NCBI GenBank assembly: GCA_964016885.1
Contig: OZ024740.1
Coordinates: forward strand, 417,632,001-417,696,000
Direction of reading: 5' to 3'
From: Eledone cirrhosa
Taxonomy: Eukaryota
DNA: 64,000 bases
The notes under the pieces are model-generated. The model was not told where the DNA came from, ran no database searches, and saw nothing but the letters and a program-made list of their open reading frames with translations. Positions 12,301 to 26,400 of the stretch are shown here, piece by piece; position 1 is the first letter of the stretch, and the number at the start of each line of letters is the position of its first letter. Position numbers and translations under genes: made by a program.

Positions 12301-15300
12301 GTCTAGAAAGTCTCAGGAAAGAGTCTCTGAATTCAGAGATCACAGCTCTGATATTACAGGCATGTGGCTAGAATATCTCAGGAAAGAATCTCTGAATTGA
12401 GAGACCACAGCTCTGATACTACAGACATGTGGTTAGAATGTCTCAGGAAAGAATCTCTGAATTGAGAGATCACAGATCTGATACTACAGACATGTGGTTA
12501 GAATGTCTCAGGAAAGAACCTCTGAATTGAGAGACGACAGCTCTGATATTACAGACATGAGGCTGGAATGTCTCAGGAAAGAATCTCTGAATTGAGAGAT
12601 CACAGCTCTGATATTACTAGACATGTGGTTAGAATGTCTCAGGAAAGAATCTCTGAATTGAGAGACCACAGCTCTGATATTACAAACATGTGGTTAGAAT
12701 GTCTCAGAAAAAAATCTTCGAATTGAGCGACCACAGATCTGATATTACAGACATGTGGATAGAATGTCTCAGGAAAGAATCTCTGAATTGAGAGACCACA
12801 GCACTGATACTACAGACATGTGGTTAGAATGTCTCAGGAAAGAGTCTCTGAATTGAAAGATCACAATTCTGATGCTACAGACATGTGGTTAGAATGTCTC
12901 AGGAAAGAGTCTCTGAATTGAGAGATCACAGCTCTGATATTATAGACATGTGGTTAGAATGTCTCAGGAAATAGTCTCTGAATTGAGAGACCACAGCTCT
13001 GATATTACAGACATGTGGTTAGAATGTCTCAGGAAAGAATCTCTGAATTGAGAGACCACAGCTCTGATATTACAGACATGTGACTAGAATATCTCAGGAA
13101 AGAATCTCCGAATTGAGAGACCACAGCTCTGATATTACAGACATGTGGCTACAATGTCTCAGGAAAGAATCTCCGAATTGAGAGACCACAGCTCTGATAT
13201 TACAGACATGTGGCTATAATGTCTCAGGAAAGAATCTCTGTATTGAGAGATCACAGCTCTGATATTACAGGCATGGGGCTAGAATGTCTCAGGAAAGAAT
13301 CTCCGAATTGATAGATCACAGCTCTGATATTACAGACATGTGGATAGAATGTCTCAGGAAAGAATCTCAGAATTGAAAGACCACAGCTCTGATATTACAG
13401 ACATGTGGTTAGAATGTCTCAGGAAAGAATCTCTGAATTGAGAGACCCCAGCTCTGACATTACAGACATGTGGTTAGAATGTCTCAGGAATGAGTCTCTG
13501 AATTGATAGACCACAGCTCTGATATTACAGACATGTGGTTAGAATGTCTCAGGAAAGAATCTCTGAATTGAGAGACCACAGCTCTGATATTACAGACATG
13601 TGGTTAGAATGTCTTAGGAAAGAGTCTCTGAATTGAGAGACCACAGCTCTGATATTACAAACATGTGGTTAGAATGTCTCAGGAAAGAGTCTCTGAATTG
13701 AGAGACCACAGCTCTGATACTACAGACATGGGGTTAGAATGTCTCAGGAAAGAACCTCTGAAATAAGAGACCACAGCTCTGATATTACAGACATGTGTTT
13801 AGAATGTCTCAGGAAAGAATCTTCGAATTGAGAGACCACAGATCTGATATTACAGACATGTGGTTAGAATGTCTCAGGAAAGAATCTCTGAATTGAGAGA
13901 CCACAGCTCTGATATTACAGACATGTGGTTAGAATGTCTCAGGAAAGAATCTCTGAATTGAGAGACCACAGCTCTGATATTACAGACATGTGGGTAGAAT
14001 GTCTCAGGAAAGAACCTCTGAATTGAGAGACCCCAGCTCTGATATTACAGACATGTGTCTAGAAAGTCTCAGGAAAGAGTCTCTGAATTCAGAGATCACA
14101 GCTCTGATATTACAGGCATGTGGCTAGAATATCTCAGGAAAGAATCTCTGAATTGAGAGACCACAGCTCTGATACTACAGACATGTGGTTAGAATGTCTC
14201 AGGAAAGAATCTCTGAATTGAGAGATCACAGCTCTGATACTACAGACATGTGGTTAGAATGTCTCAGGAAAGAACCTCTGAATTGAGAGACGACAGCTCT
14301 GATATTACAGACATGAGGCTGGAATGTCTCAGGAAAGAATCTCTGAATTGAGAGACCACAGCTCTGATATTACTAGACATGTGGTTAGAATATCTCAGGA
14401 AAGAATCTCTGAATTGAGAGACCACAGCTCTGATACCTCAGACATGTGGTTAGAATGTCTCAAGAAAGAGTCTCTCAATTGAGAGACCACAGCTCTGATA
14501 TTACAGACATGTGGCTAGAATGTCTCAGGAAAGAGTCTCTGAATTGAGAGATCACAGCTCTGATGTTGAAGACATGTGGTTAGAATGTCTCAGGAAAGTG
14601 TCTCTGTATTGAGAGACCACAGGTCTGATATTACAGACATGTGGTTAGAATGTCTCAGAAAAGAGTCTCTGAATTGAGAGACCACAGCTCTGATATTACA
14701 AACATGTCCCTAGAATGTCTCAGGAAAGAGTCTCTGAATTGAGAGATCACAGCACTGATATTACAGACATGTGGGTAGAATGTCTCAGGAAAGACTCTCT
14801 CAATTGAGAGACCACAGCTCTGATATTACAGACATGTGGGTAGAATGTCTCAGGAAAGAGTCTCTGAATTGAGAGACCCCAGCTCTGATATTACAGACAT
14901 GTGGTTAGAATGTCTCAGGAAAGAGTCTCTGAATTGAGAGACCACAGCTCTGATATTACAAACATGTGGTTAGAATGTCTCAGGAAAGTGTCTCTGAATT
15001 GAGAGACCACAGCTCTGATATTACAAACATGTGGTTAGAATGTCTCAGGAAAGAGTCTCTGAATTGAGAGACCACAGCTCTGATACTACGGACATGGGGT
15101 TAGAATGTCTCAGGAAAGAACCTCTGAAATAAGAGACCACAGCTCTGATATTACAGACATGTGGTTAGAATGTCTCAGGAAAGAATCTTCGAATTGAGAG
15201 ACCACAGATCTGATATTACAGACATGTGGTTAGAATGTCTCAGGAAAGAATCTCTGAATTGAGAGACCCCAGCTCTGATATTACAGACATGTGTCTAGAA

Positions 15301-18003
15301 TGTCTCAGGAAAGAGTCTCTGAATTCAGAGATCACAGCTCTGATATTACAGGCATGTGGCTAGAATATCTCAGGAAAGAATCTCTGAATTGAGAGACCAC
15401 AGCTCTGATACTACAGACATGTGGTTAGAATGTCTCAGGAAATAATCTCTGAATTGAGAGATCACAGCTCTGATACTATAGACATGTGGTTAGAATGTCT
15501 CAGGAAAGAACCTCTGAATTGAGAGACGACAGCTCTGATATTACAGAAATGAGGCTGGAATGTCTCAGGAAAGAATCTCTGAATTGAGAGATCACAGCTC
15601 TGATATTACTAGACATGTGGTTAGAATGTCTCAGGAAAGTGTCTCTGAATTGAGAGACCACAGCTCTGATATTACAAACATGTGGTTAGAATGTCTCAGA
15701 AAAAAATCTTCGAATTGAGCGACCACAGATCTGATATTACAGACATGTGGTTAGAATGTCTCAGGAACGAGTCTCTGAATTGAAAGATCACAATTCTGAT
15801 GTTACAGACATGTGGTTAGAATGTCTCAGGAAAGAGTCTCTGAATTGAGAGATCACAGCTCTGATATTACAGACATGTGGTTAGAATGTCTCAGGAAAGA
15901 ATCTCTGAATTGAGAGACCACAGCTCTGATATTACAGACATGTGGTTAGAATGTCTCAGGAAAGAATCTCTGAATTGAGAGACCACAGCTCTGATATTAC
16001 AGACATGTGGGTAGAATGTCTCAGGAAAGAACCTCTGAATTGAGAGACCCCCAGCTCTGATATTACAGACATGTGGTTAGAATGTCTCAGGAATGAGTCT
16101 CTGAATTGATAGACCACAGCTCTGATATTACAGACATGTGGTTAGAATGTCTCAGGAAAGAATCTCTGAATTGAGAGACCACAGCTCTGATATTACAGAC
16201 ATGTGGTTAGAATGTCTTAGGAAAGAGTCTCTGAATTGAGAGACCACAGCTCTGATATTACAAACATGTGGTTAGAATGTCTCAGGAAAGAGTCTCTGAA
16301 TTGAGAGACCACAGCTCTGATACTACAGACATGGGGTTAGAATGTCTCAGGAAAGAACCTCTGAAATAAGAGACCACAGCTCTGATATTACAAACATGTG
16401 GTTAGAATGTCTCAGAAAAAAATCTTCGAATTGAGCGACCACAGATCTGATATTACAGACATGTGGATAGAATGTCTCAGGAACGAGTCACTGAATTGAA
16501 AGATCACAATTCTGATGTTACAGACATGTGGTTAGAATGTCTCAGGAAAGAGTCTCTGAATTGAGAGATCACAGCTCTGATATTATAGACATGTGGTTAG
16601 AATGTCTCAGGAATGAGTCTCTGAATTGATAGACCACAGCTCTGATATTACAGACATGTGGTTAGAATGTCTCAGGAAAGAATCTCTGAATTGAGAGACC
16701 ACAGCTCTGATATTACAGACATGTGGTTAGAATGTCTTAGGAAAGAGTCTCTGAATTGAGAGACCACAGCTCTGATATTACAAACATGTGGTTAGAATGT
16801 CTCAGGAAAGAGTCTCTGAATTGAGAGACCACAGCTCTGATACTACAGACATGGGGTTAGAATGTCTCAGGAAAGAACCTCTGAAATAAGAGACCACAGC
16901 TCTGATATTACAGACATGTGTTTAGAATGTCTCAGGAAAGAATCTTCGAATTGAGAGACCACAGATCTGATATTACAGACATGTGGTTAGAATGTCTCAG
17001 GAAAGAATCTCTGAATTGAGAGACCACAGCTCTGATATTACAGACATGTGGTTAGAATGTCTCAGGAAAGAATCTCTGAATTGAGAGACCACAGCTCTGA
17101 TATTACAGACATGTGGGTAGAATGTCTCAGGAAAGAACCTCTGAATTGAGAGACCCCAGCTCTGATATTACAGACATGTGTCTAGAAAGTCTCAGGAAAG
17201 AGTCTCTGAATTCAGAGATCACAGCTCTGATATTACAGGCATGTGGCTAGAATATCTCAGGAAAGAATCTCTGAATTGAGAGACCACAGCTCTGATACTA
17301 CAGACATGTGGTTAGAATGTCTCAGGAAAGAATCTCTGAATTGAGAGATCACAGATCTGATACTACAGACATGTGGTTAGAATGTCTCAGGAAAGAGTCT
17401 CTGAATTGAGAGATCACAGCTCTGATATTATAGACATGTGGTTAGAATGTCTCAGGAAATAGTCTCTGAATTGAGAGACCACAGCTCTGATATTACAGAC
17501 ATGTGGTTAGAATGTCTCAGGAAAGAATCTCTGAATTGAGAGATCACAGCTCTGATATTACAGACATGTGGTTAGAATGTCTCAGGAAAGAATCTCTGAA
17601 TTGAGAGATCACAGCTCTGATATTACAGACATGTGGTTAGAACGTCTCAGGAAAGAGTCTCTGAATTGAGAGACCACAGCTCTGAAATTACAAACATGTG
17701 GTTAGAATGTCTCAGGAAAGAGTCTCTGAATTGAGAGACCACAGCTCTGATACTACGGACATGGGGTTAGAATGTCTCAGGAAAGAATCTTCGAATTGAG
17801 AGACCACAGATCTGATATTACAGACATGTGGTTAGAATGTCTCAGGAAAGAATCTCTGAATTGAGAGACCACAGCTCTGATATTACAGACATGTGGTTAG
17901 AATGTCTCAGGAAAGAATCTCTGAATTGAGAGACCACAGCTCTGATATTACAGACATGTGGGTAGAATGTCTCAGGAAAGAACCTCTGAATTGAGAGACC
18001 CCA
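6320..18003 (+). repeat. Tandem duplication, period 5724 bp (88 monomers + 4 inserted bases), ~2 copies
   Basis: Markers offset by exactly 5724: tactag 6891/12615, tgactag 7357/13081, gttgaag 8841/14565, gaaattacaaa 11961/17685. Confidence 0.92.
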
Positions 18004-18728
18004 CCTCTGACATTACAGACATGTGGTTAGAATGTCTCAGGAATGAGTCTCTGAATTGATAGACCACAGCTCTGATATTACAGACATGTGGTTAGAATGT
18101 CTCAGGAAAGAATCTCTGAATTGAGAGACCACAGCTCTGATATTACAGACATGTGGTTAGAATGTCTTAGGAAAGAGTCTCTGAATTGAGAGACCACAGC
18201 TCTGATATTACAAACATGTGGTTAGAATGTCTCAGGAAAGAGTCTCTGAATTGAGAGACCACAGCTCTGATACTACAGACATGGGGTTAGAATGTCTCAG
18301 GAAAGAACCTCTGAAATAAGAGACCACAGCTCTGATATTACAGACATGTGTTTAGAATGTCTCAGGAAAGAATCTTCGAATTGAGAGACCACAGATCTGA
18401 TATTACAGACATGTGGTTAGAATGTCTCAGGAAAGAATCTCTGAATTGAGAGACCACAGCTCTGATATTACAGACATGTGGTTAGAATGTCTCAGGAAAG
18501 AATCTCTGAATTGAGAGACCACAGCTCTGATATTACAGACATGTGGGTAGAATGTCTCAGGAAAGAACCTCTGAATTGAGAGACCCCAGCTCTGATATTA
18601 CAGACATGTGTCTAGAAAGTCTCAGGAAAGAGTCTCTGAATTCAGAGATCACAGCTCTGATATTACAGGCATGTGGCTAGAATATCTCAGGAAAGAATCT
18701 CTGAATTGAGAGACCACAGCTCTGATAC

Positions 18729-21700
18729 TACAGACATGTGGTTAGAATGTCTCAGGAAAGAATCTCTGAATTGAGAGATCACAGCTCTGATACTACAGAC
18801 ATGTGGTTAGAATGTCTCAGGAAAGAACCTCTGAATTGAGAGACGACAGCTCTGATATTACAGACATGAGGCTGGAATGTCTCAGGAAAGAATCTCTGAA
18901 TTGAGAGACCACAGCTCTGATATTACTAGACATGTGGTTAGAATATCTCAGGAAAGAATCTCTGAATTGAGAGACCACAGCTCTGATACCTCAGACATGT
19001 GGTTAGAATGTCTCAAGAAAGAGTCTCTCAATTGAGAGACCACAGCTCTGATATTACAGACATGTGGCTAGAATGTCTCAGGAAAGAGTCTCTGAATTGA
19101 GAGATCACAGCTCTGATGTTGAAGACATGTGGTTAGAATGTCTCAGGAAAGTGTCTCTGTATTGAGAGACCACAGGTCTGATATTACAGACATGTGGTTA
19201 GAATGTCTCAGGAAAGAGTCTCTGAATTGAGAGACCACAGCTCTGATATTACAAACATGTCCCTAGAATGTCTCAGGAAAGAGTCTCTGAATTGAGAGAT
19301 CACAGCTCTGATATTACAGACATGTGGGTAGAATGTCTCAGGAAAGACTCTCTCAATTGAGAGACCACAGCTCTGATATTACAGACATGTGGGTAGAATA
19401 TCTCAGGAAAGAGTCTCTGAATTGAGAGACCCCAGCTCTGATATTACAGACATGTGGTTAGAATGTCTCAGGAAAGAGTCTCTGAATTGAGAGACCACAG
19501 CTCTGATATTACAAACATGTGGTTAGAATGTCTCAGGAAAGAGTCTCTGAATTGAGAGACCACAGCTCTGATATTACAAACATGTGGTTAGAATGTCTCA
19601 GGAAAGAGTCTCTGAATTGAGAGACCACAGCTCTGATACTACGGACATGGGGTTAGAATGTCTCAGGAAAGAACCTCTGAAATAAGAGACCACAGCTCTG
19701 ATATTACAGACATGTGGTTAGAATGTCTCAGGAAAGAATCATCGAATTGAGAGACCACAGATCTGATAATACAGACATGTGGTTAGAATGTCTCAGGAAA
19801 TAATCTCTGAATTGAGAGATCACAGCTCTGATATTACTAGACATGTGGTTAGAATGTCTCAGGAAAGTGTCTCTGAATTTAGAGACCACAGCTCTGATAT
19901 TACAAACATGTGGTTAGAATGTCTCAGAAAAAAATCTTCGAATTGAGCGACCACAGATCTGATATTACAGACATGTGGTTAGAATGTCTCAGGAACGAGT
20001 CTCTGAATTGAAAGATCACAATTCTGATGTTACAGACATGTGGTTAGAATGTCTCAGGAAAGAGTCTCTGAATTGAGAGATCACAGCTCTGATATTATAG
20101 ACATGTGGTTAGAATGTCTCAGGAAATAGTCTCTGAATTGAGAGACCACAGCTCTGATATTACAGACATGTGGTTAGAATGTCTCAGGAAACAATCTCTG
20201 AATTGAGAGATCACAGCTCTGATATTACAGACATGTGGTTAGAATGTCTCAGGAAAGAATCTCTGAATTGAGAGATCACAGCTCTGATATTACAGACATG
20301 TGGTTAGAATGTCTCAGGAAAGAGTCTCTGAATTGAGAGACCACAGCTCTGATATTACAAACATGTGGTTAGAATGTCTCAGGAAAGAGTCTCTGAATTG
20401 AGAGACCACAGCTCTGATACTACGGACATGTGGTTAGAATGTCTCAGGAAAGAATCTTCGAATTGAGAGACCACAGATCTGATATTACAAACATGTGGTT
20501 AGAATGTCTCAGGAAAGAATCTCTGAATTGAGAGACCACAGCTCTGATATTACAGACATGTGGTTAGAATGTCTCAGGAAAGAATCTCTGAATTGAGAGA
20601 CCACAGCTCTGATATTACAGACATGTGGGTAGAATGTCTCAGGAAAGAACCTCTGAATTGAGAGACCCCCAGCTCTGATATTACAGACATGTGGTTAGAA
20701 TGTCTCAGGAAAGAATCTCTGAATTGAGAGATCACAGCTCTGATACTACAGACATGTGGTTAGAATGTCTCAGGAAAGAACCTCTGAATTGAGAGACGAC
20801 AGCTCTGATATTACAGACATGAGGCTGGAATGTCTCAGGAAAGAATCTCTGAATTGAGAGACCACAGCTCTGATATTACTAGACATGTGGTTAGAATATC
20901 TCAGGAAAGAATCTCTGAATTGAGAGACCACAGCTCTGATACCTCAGACATGTGGTTAGAATGTCTCAAGAAAGAGTCTCTCAATTGAGAGACCACAGCT
21001 CTGATATTACAGACATGTGGCTAGAATGTCTCAGGAAAGAGTCTCTGAATTGAGAGATCACAGCTCTGATGTTGAAGACATGTGGTTAGAATGTCTCAGG
21101 AAAGTGTCTCTGTATTGAGAGACCACAGGTCTGATATTACAGACATGTGGTTAGAATGTCTCAGGAAAGAGTCTCTGAATTGAGAGACCACAGCTCTGAT
21201 ATTACAAACATGTCCCTAGAATGTCTCAGGAAAGAGTCTCTGAATTGAGAGATCACAGCTCTGATATTACAGACATGTGGGTAGAATGTCTCAGGAAAGA
21301 CTCTCTCAATTGAGAGACCACAGCTCTGATATTACAGACATGTGGGTAGAATATCTCAGGAAAGAGTCTCTGAATTGAGAGACCCCAGCTCTGATATTAC
21401 AGACATGTGGTTAGAATGTCTCAGGAAAGAGTCTCTGAATTGAGAGACCACAGCTCTGATATTACAAACATGTGGTTAGAATGTCTCAGGAAAGAGTCTC
21501 TGAATTGAGAGACCACAGCTCTGATATTACAAACATGTGGTTAGAATGTCTCAGGAAAGAGTCTCTGAATTGAGAGACCACAGCTCTGATACTACGGACA
21601 TGGGGTTAGAATGTCTCAGGAAAGAACCTCTGAAATAAGAGACCACAGCTCTGATATTACAGACATGTGGTTAGAATGTCTCAGGAAAGAATCATCGAAT

Positions 21701-22664
21701 TGAGAGACCACAGATCTGATAATACAGACATGTGTTTAGAATGTCTCAGGAAATAATCTCTGAATTGAGAGATCACAGCTCTGATATTACTAGACATGTG
21801 GTTAGAATGTCTCAGGAAAGTGTCTCTGAATTTAGAGACCACAGCTCTGATATTACAAACATGTGGTTAGAATGTCTCAGAAAAAAATCTTCGAATTGAG
21901 CGACCACAGATCTGATATTACAGACATGTGGTTAGAATGTCTCAGGAACGAGTCTCTGAATTGAAAGATCACAATTCTGATGTTACAGACATGTGGTTAG
22001 AATGTCTCAGGAAAGAGTCTCTGAATTGAGAGATCACAGCTCTGATATTATAGACATGTGGTTAGAATGTCTCAGGAAATAGTCTCTGAATTGAGAGACC
22101 ACAGCTCTGATATTACAGACATGTGGTTAGAATGTCTCAGGAAACAATCTCTGAATTGAGAGATCACAGCTCTGATATTACAGACATGTGGTTAGAATGT
22201 CTCAGGAAAGAATCTCTGAATTGAGAGATCACAGCTCTGATATTACAGACATGTGGTTAGAATGTCTCAGGAAAGAGTCTCTGAATTGAGAGACCACAGC
22301 TCTGATATTACAAACATGTGGTTAGAATGTCTCAGGAAAGAGTCTCTGAATTGAGAGACCACAGCTCTGATACTACGGACATGTGGTTAGAATGTCTCAG
22401 GAAAGAATCTTCGAATTGAGAGACCACAGATCTGATATTACAAACATGGGGTTAGAATGTCTCAGGAAAGAATCTCTGAATTGAGAGACCACAGCTCTGA
22501 TATTACAGACATGTGGTTAGAATGTCTCAGGAAAGAATCTCTGAATTGAGAGACCACAGCTCTGATATTACAGACATGTGGGTAGAATGTCTCAGGAAAG
22601 AACCTCTGAATTGAGAGACCCCCAGCTCTGATATTACAGACATGTGGTTAGAATGTCTCAGGAA
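18729..22664 (+). repeat. Tandem duplication, period 1953 bp (30 monomers + 3), 2 copies
   Basis: gttgaag at 19118/21071; tgtccctag, aatcatcgaa, gaatttagag and gacccccag all repeat at the same offset. Confidence 0.9.
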
Positions 22665-23419
22665 TGAGTCTCTGAATTGATAGACCACAGCTCTGATATT
22701 ACAGACATGTGGTTAGAATGTCTCAGGAAAGAATCTCTGAATTGAGAGACCACAGCTCTGATATTACAGACATGTGGTTAGAATGTCTTAGGAAAGAGTC
22801 TCTGAATTGAGAGACCACAGCTCTGATATTACAAACATGTGGTTAGAATGTCTCAGGAAAGAGTCTCTGAATTGAGAGACCACAGCTCTGATACTACAGA
22901 CATGGGGTTAGAATGTCTCAGGAAAGAACCTCTGAAATAAGAGACCACAGCTCTGATATTACAGACATGTGTTTAGAATGTCTCAGGAAAGAATCTTCGA
23001 ATTGAGAGACCACAGATCTGATATTACAGACATGTGGTTAGAATGTCTCAGGAAAGAATCTCTGAATTGAGAGACCACAGCTCTGATATTACAGACATGT
23101 GGTTAGAATGTCTCAGGAAAGAATCTCTGAATTGAGAGACCACAGCTCTGATATTACAGACATGTGGGTAGAATGTCTCAGGAAAGAACCTCTGAATTGA
23201 GAGACCCCAGCTCTGATATTACAGACATGTGTCTAGAAAGTCTCAGGAAAGAGTCTCTGAATTCAGAGATCACAGCTCTGATATTACAGGCATGTGGCTA
23301 GAATATCTCAGGAAAGAATCTCTGAATTGAGAGACCACAGCTCTGATACTACAGACATGTGGTTAGAATGTCTCAGGAAAGAATCTCTGAATTGAGAGAT
23401 CACAGATCTGATACTACAG

Positions 23420-26400
23420 ACATGTGGTTAGAATGTCTCAGGAAAGAACCTCTGAATTGAGAGACGACAGCTCTGATATTACAGACATGAGGCTGGAATG
23501 TCTCAGGAAAGAATCTCTGAATTGAGAGATCACAGCTCTGATATTACTAGACATGTGGTTAGAATGTCTCAGGAAAGTGTCTCTGAATTGAGAGACCACA
23601 GCTCTGATATTACAAACATGTGGTTAGAATGTCTCAGAAAAAAATCTTCGAATTGAGCGACCACAGATCTGATATTACAGACATGTGGATAGAATGTCTC
23701 AGGAAAGAATCTCTGAATTGAGAGACCACAGCACTGATACTACAGACATGTGGTTAGAATGTCTCAGGAAAGAGTCTCTGAATTGAAAGATCACAATTCT
23801 GATGCTACAGACATGTGGTTAGAATGTCTCAGGAAAGAGTCTCTGAATTGAGAGATCACAGCTCTGATATTATAGACATGTGGTTAGAATGTCTCAGGAA
23901 ATAGTCTCTGAATTGAGAGACCACAGCACTGATACTACAGACATGTGGTTAGAATGTCTCAGGAAAGAGTCTCTGAATTGAAAGATCACAATTCTGATGT
24001 TACAGACATGTGGTTAGAATGTCTCAGGAAAGAGTCTCTGAATTGAGAGATCACAGCTCTGATATTATAGACATGTGGTTAGAATGTCTCAGGAAATAGT
24101 CTCTGAATTGAGAGACCACAGCTCTGATATTACAGACATGTGGTTAGAATGTCTCAGGAAAGAATCTCTGAATTGAGAGACCACAGCTCTGATATTACAG
24201 ACATGTGGCTAGAATATCTCAGGAAAGAATCTCCGAATTGAGAGACCACAGCTCTGATATTACAGACATGTGGCTACAATGTCTCAGGAAAGAATCTCCG
24301 AATTGAGAGACCACAGCTCTGATATTACAGACATGTGGCTATAATGTCTCAGGAAAGAATCTCTGTATTGAGAGATCACAGCTCTGATATTACAGGCATG
24401 GGGCTAGAATGTCTCAGGAAAGAATCTCCGAATTGATAGATCACAGCTCTGATATTACAGACATGTGGATAGAATGTCTCAGGAAAGAATCTCAGAATTG
24501 AAAGACCACAGCTCTGATATTACAGACATGTGGCTAGAATGTCTCAGGAAAGAATCTCCGAATTCAGAGACCACAGCTCTGATATTACAGACATGTGGCA
24601 AGAATGTCTCAGGAAAGAATCTCTGAATTGAGAGATCACAGCTCTGATATTACAGACATGTGGCAAGAATGTCTCAGGAAAGAATCTCTGAATTGAGAGA
24701 CCACAGCTCTGATGTTACAGACATGGGGTTAGAATGTCTCAGGAAAGAGTCTCTGAATTGAGAGACCACAGCTCTGATATTACAGACATGTGGCTAGAAT
24801 GTCTCAGGAAAGTGTCTCTGAATGGAGAGACCACAGCTCTGATACTACAGACATGTGGTTAGAATGTCTCAGGAAAGTGTCTCTGAATGGAGAGACCACA
24901 GCTCTGATACTACAGACATGTGGTTAGAATGTCTCAGGAAAGAGTCTCTGAATTGAGAGACCACAGCTCTGATATTTAAGACATGGGGCTAGAATGTGTC
25001 AGGAAAGAATCTCCGAATTGAGAGAACACAGCTCTGATATTATAGACATGGGGTTAGAATGTCTCAGGAAAGAATCTCTGAATTGAGAGACCACAGCTCT
25101 GATATTACAGACATGTGGCTAGAATGTCTCAGGAAAGAATCTCCGAATTGAGAGATTACAGCTCTGATATTACAGACAAGTGGCTAGAATATCTCAGGAA
25201 AGAATCTCTGAATTGAGAGATCACAGCTCTGATATTACAGGCATTGGGCTAGAATGTCTCAGGAAAGAATCTCCGAATTGAGATACCACAGCTCTGATAT
25301 TACAGACATGTGGCTAGAATATCTCAGGAAAGAATCTCTGAATTGAGAGATCACAGCTCTGATATTACAGGCATGGGGCTAGAATGTCTCAGGAAAAAAT
25401 CTCCGAATTGAAAGATCACAGCTCTTATATTACAGACATGGGGATAGAATGTCTCAGGAAAGAATCTCCGAATTGAGAGACCACAGCTCTGATATTACAG
25501 ACATGTGGGTAGAATGTCTCAGGAAAGAATCTCTGAATTGAGAGACCACAGCTCTGATATTACAGACATGTGTCTAGAATGTCTCAGGAAAGAATCTCTG
25601 AATTGAGAGACCACAGCTCTGATATTACAGACATGGGGCTAGAATGTCTCAGGAAAGAATCTCTGAATTGAGAGACCACAGCTCTGATACTACAGACATG
25701 TGGTTAGAATGTCTCAGGAAAGAATCTCTGAAATGAGAGACCACAGCTCTGACATTACAGACGTGTGGCAAGAATGTCTCAGGAAAGAATCTCTGAATTG
25801 AGAGACCACAGCTCTGAAACTACAGACATGTGGTTAGAATGTCTCAGAAAAGAATCTCCGAATTGAGAGACCACAGCTCTGATATTACAGACATGTGGTT
25901 AGAATGTCTCAGGAAAGAACCTCTGAATTGAGAGACGACAGCTCTGATATTACAGACATGAGTTTGGAATGTCTCAGGAAAGAATCTCTGAATTGAGAGA
26001 TCACAGCTCTGATATTACTAGACATGTGGTTAGAATGTCTCAGGAAAGTGTCTCTGAATTGAGAGACCACAGCTCTGATATTACAAACATGTGGTTAGAA
26101 TGTCTCAGAAAAAAATCTTCGAATTGAGCGACCACAGATCTGATATTACAGACATGTGGATAGAATGTCTCAGGAAAGAATCTCTGAATTGAGAGACCAC
26201 AGCACTGATACTACAGACATGTGGTTAGAATGTCTCAGGAAAGAGTCTCTGAATTGAAAGATCACAATTCTGATGCTACAGACATGTGGTTAGAATGTCT
26301 CAGGAAAGAATCTCTGAATTGAGAGATCACAGCTCTGATATTATAGACATGTGGTTAGAATGTCTCAGGAAATAGTCTCTGAATTGAGAGACCACAGCAC

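Larger units (their letters stand above)
1..24200 (+). repeat. Satellite sub-domain A (GGTTAG / TCTCTGA-rich monomers, CpG-poor)
   Basis: Monomers are mostly ggTtag and tctcTga with frequent gaGtctc. Markers: GATGTTGAAG (839, 4547, 8841, 14565, 19118, 21071), +C gacccccag (~2321, 6160, 10321, 16048, 20665, 22619) and +T attactag. tctcCga is confined to ~7380-7580 and ~13105-13305. Confidence 0.85.
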
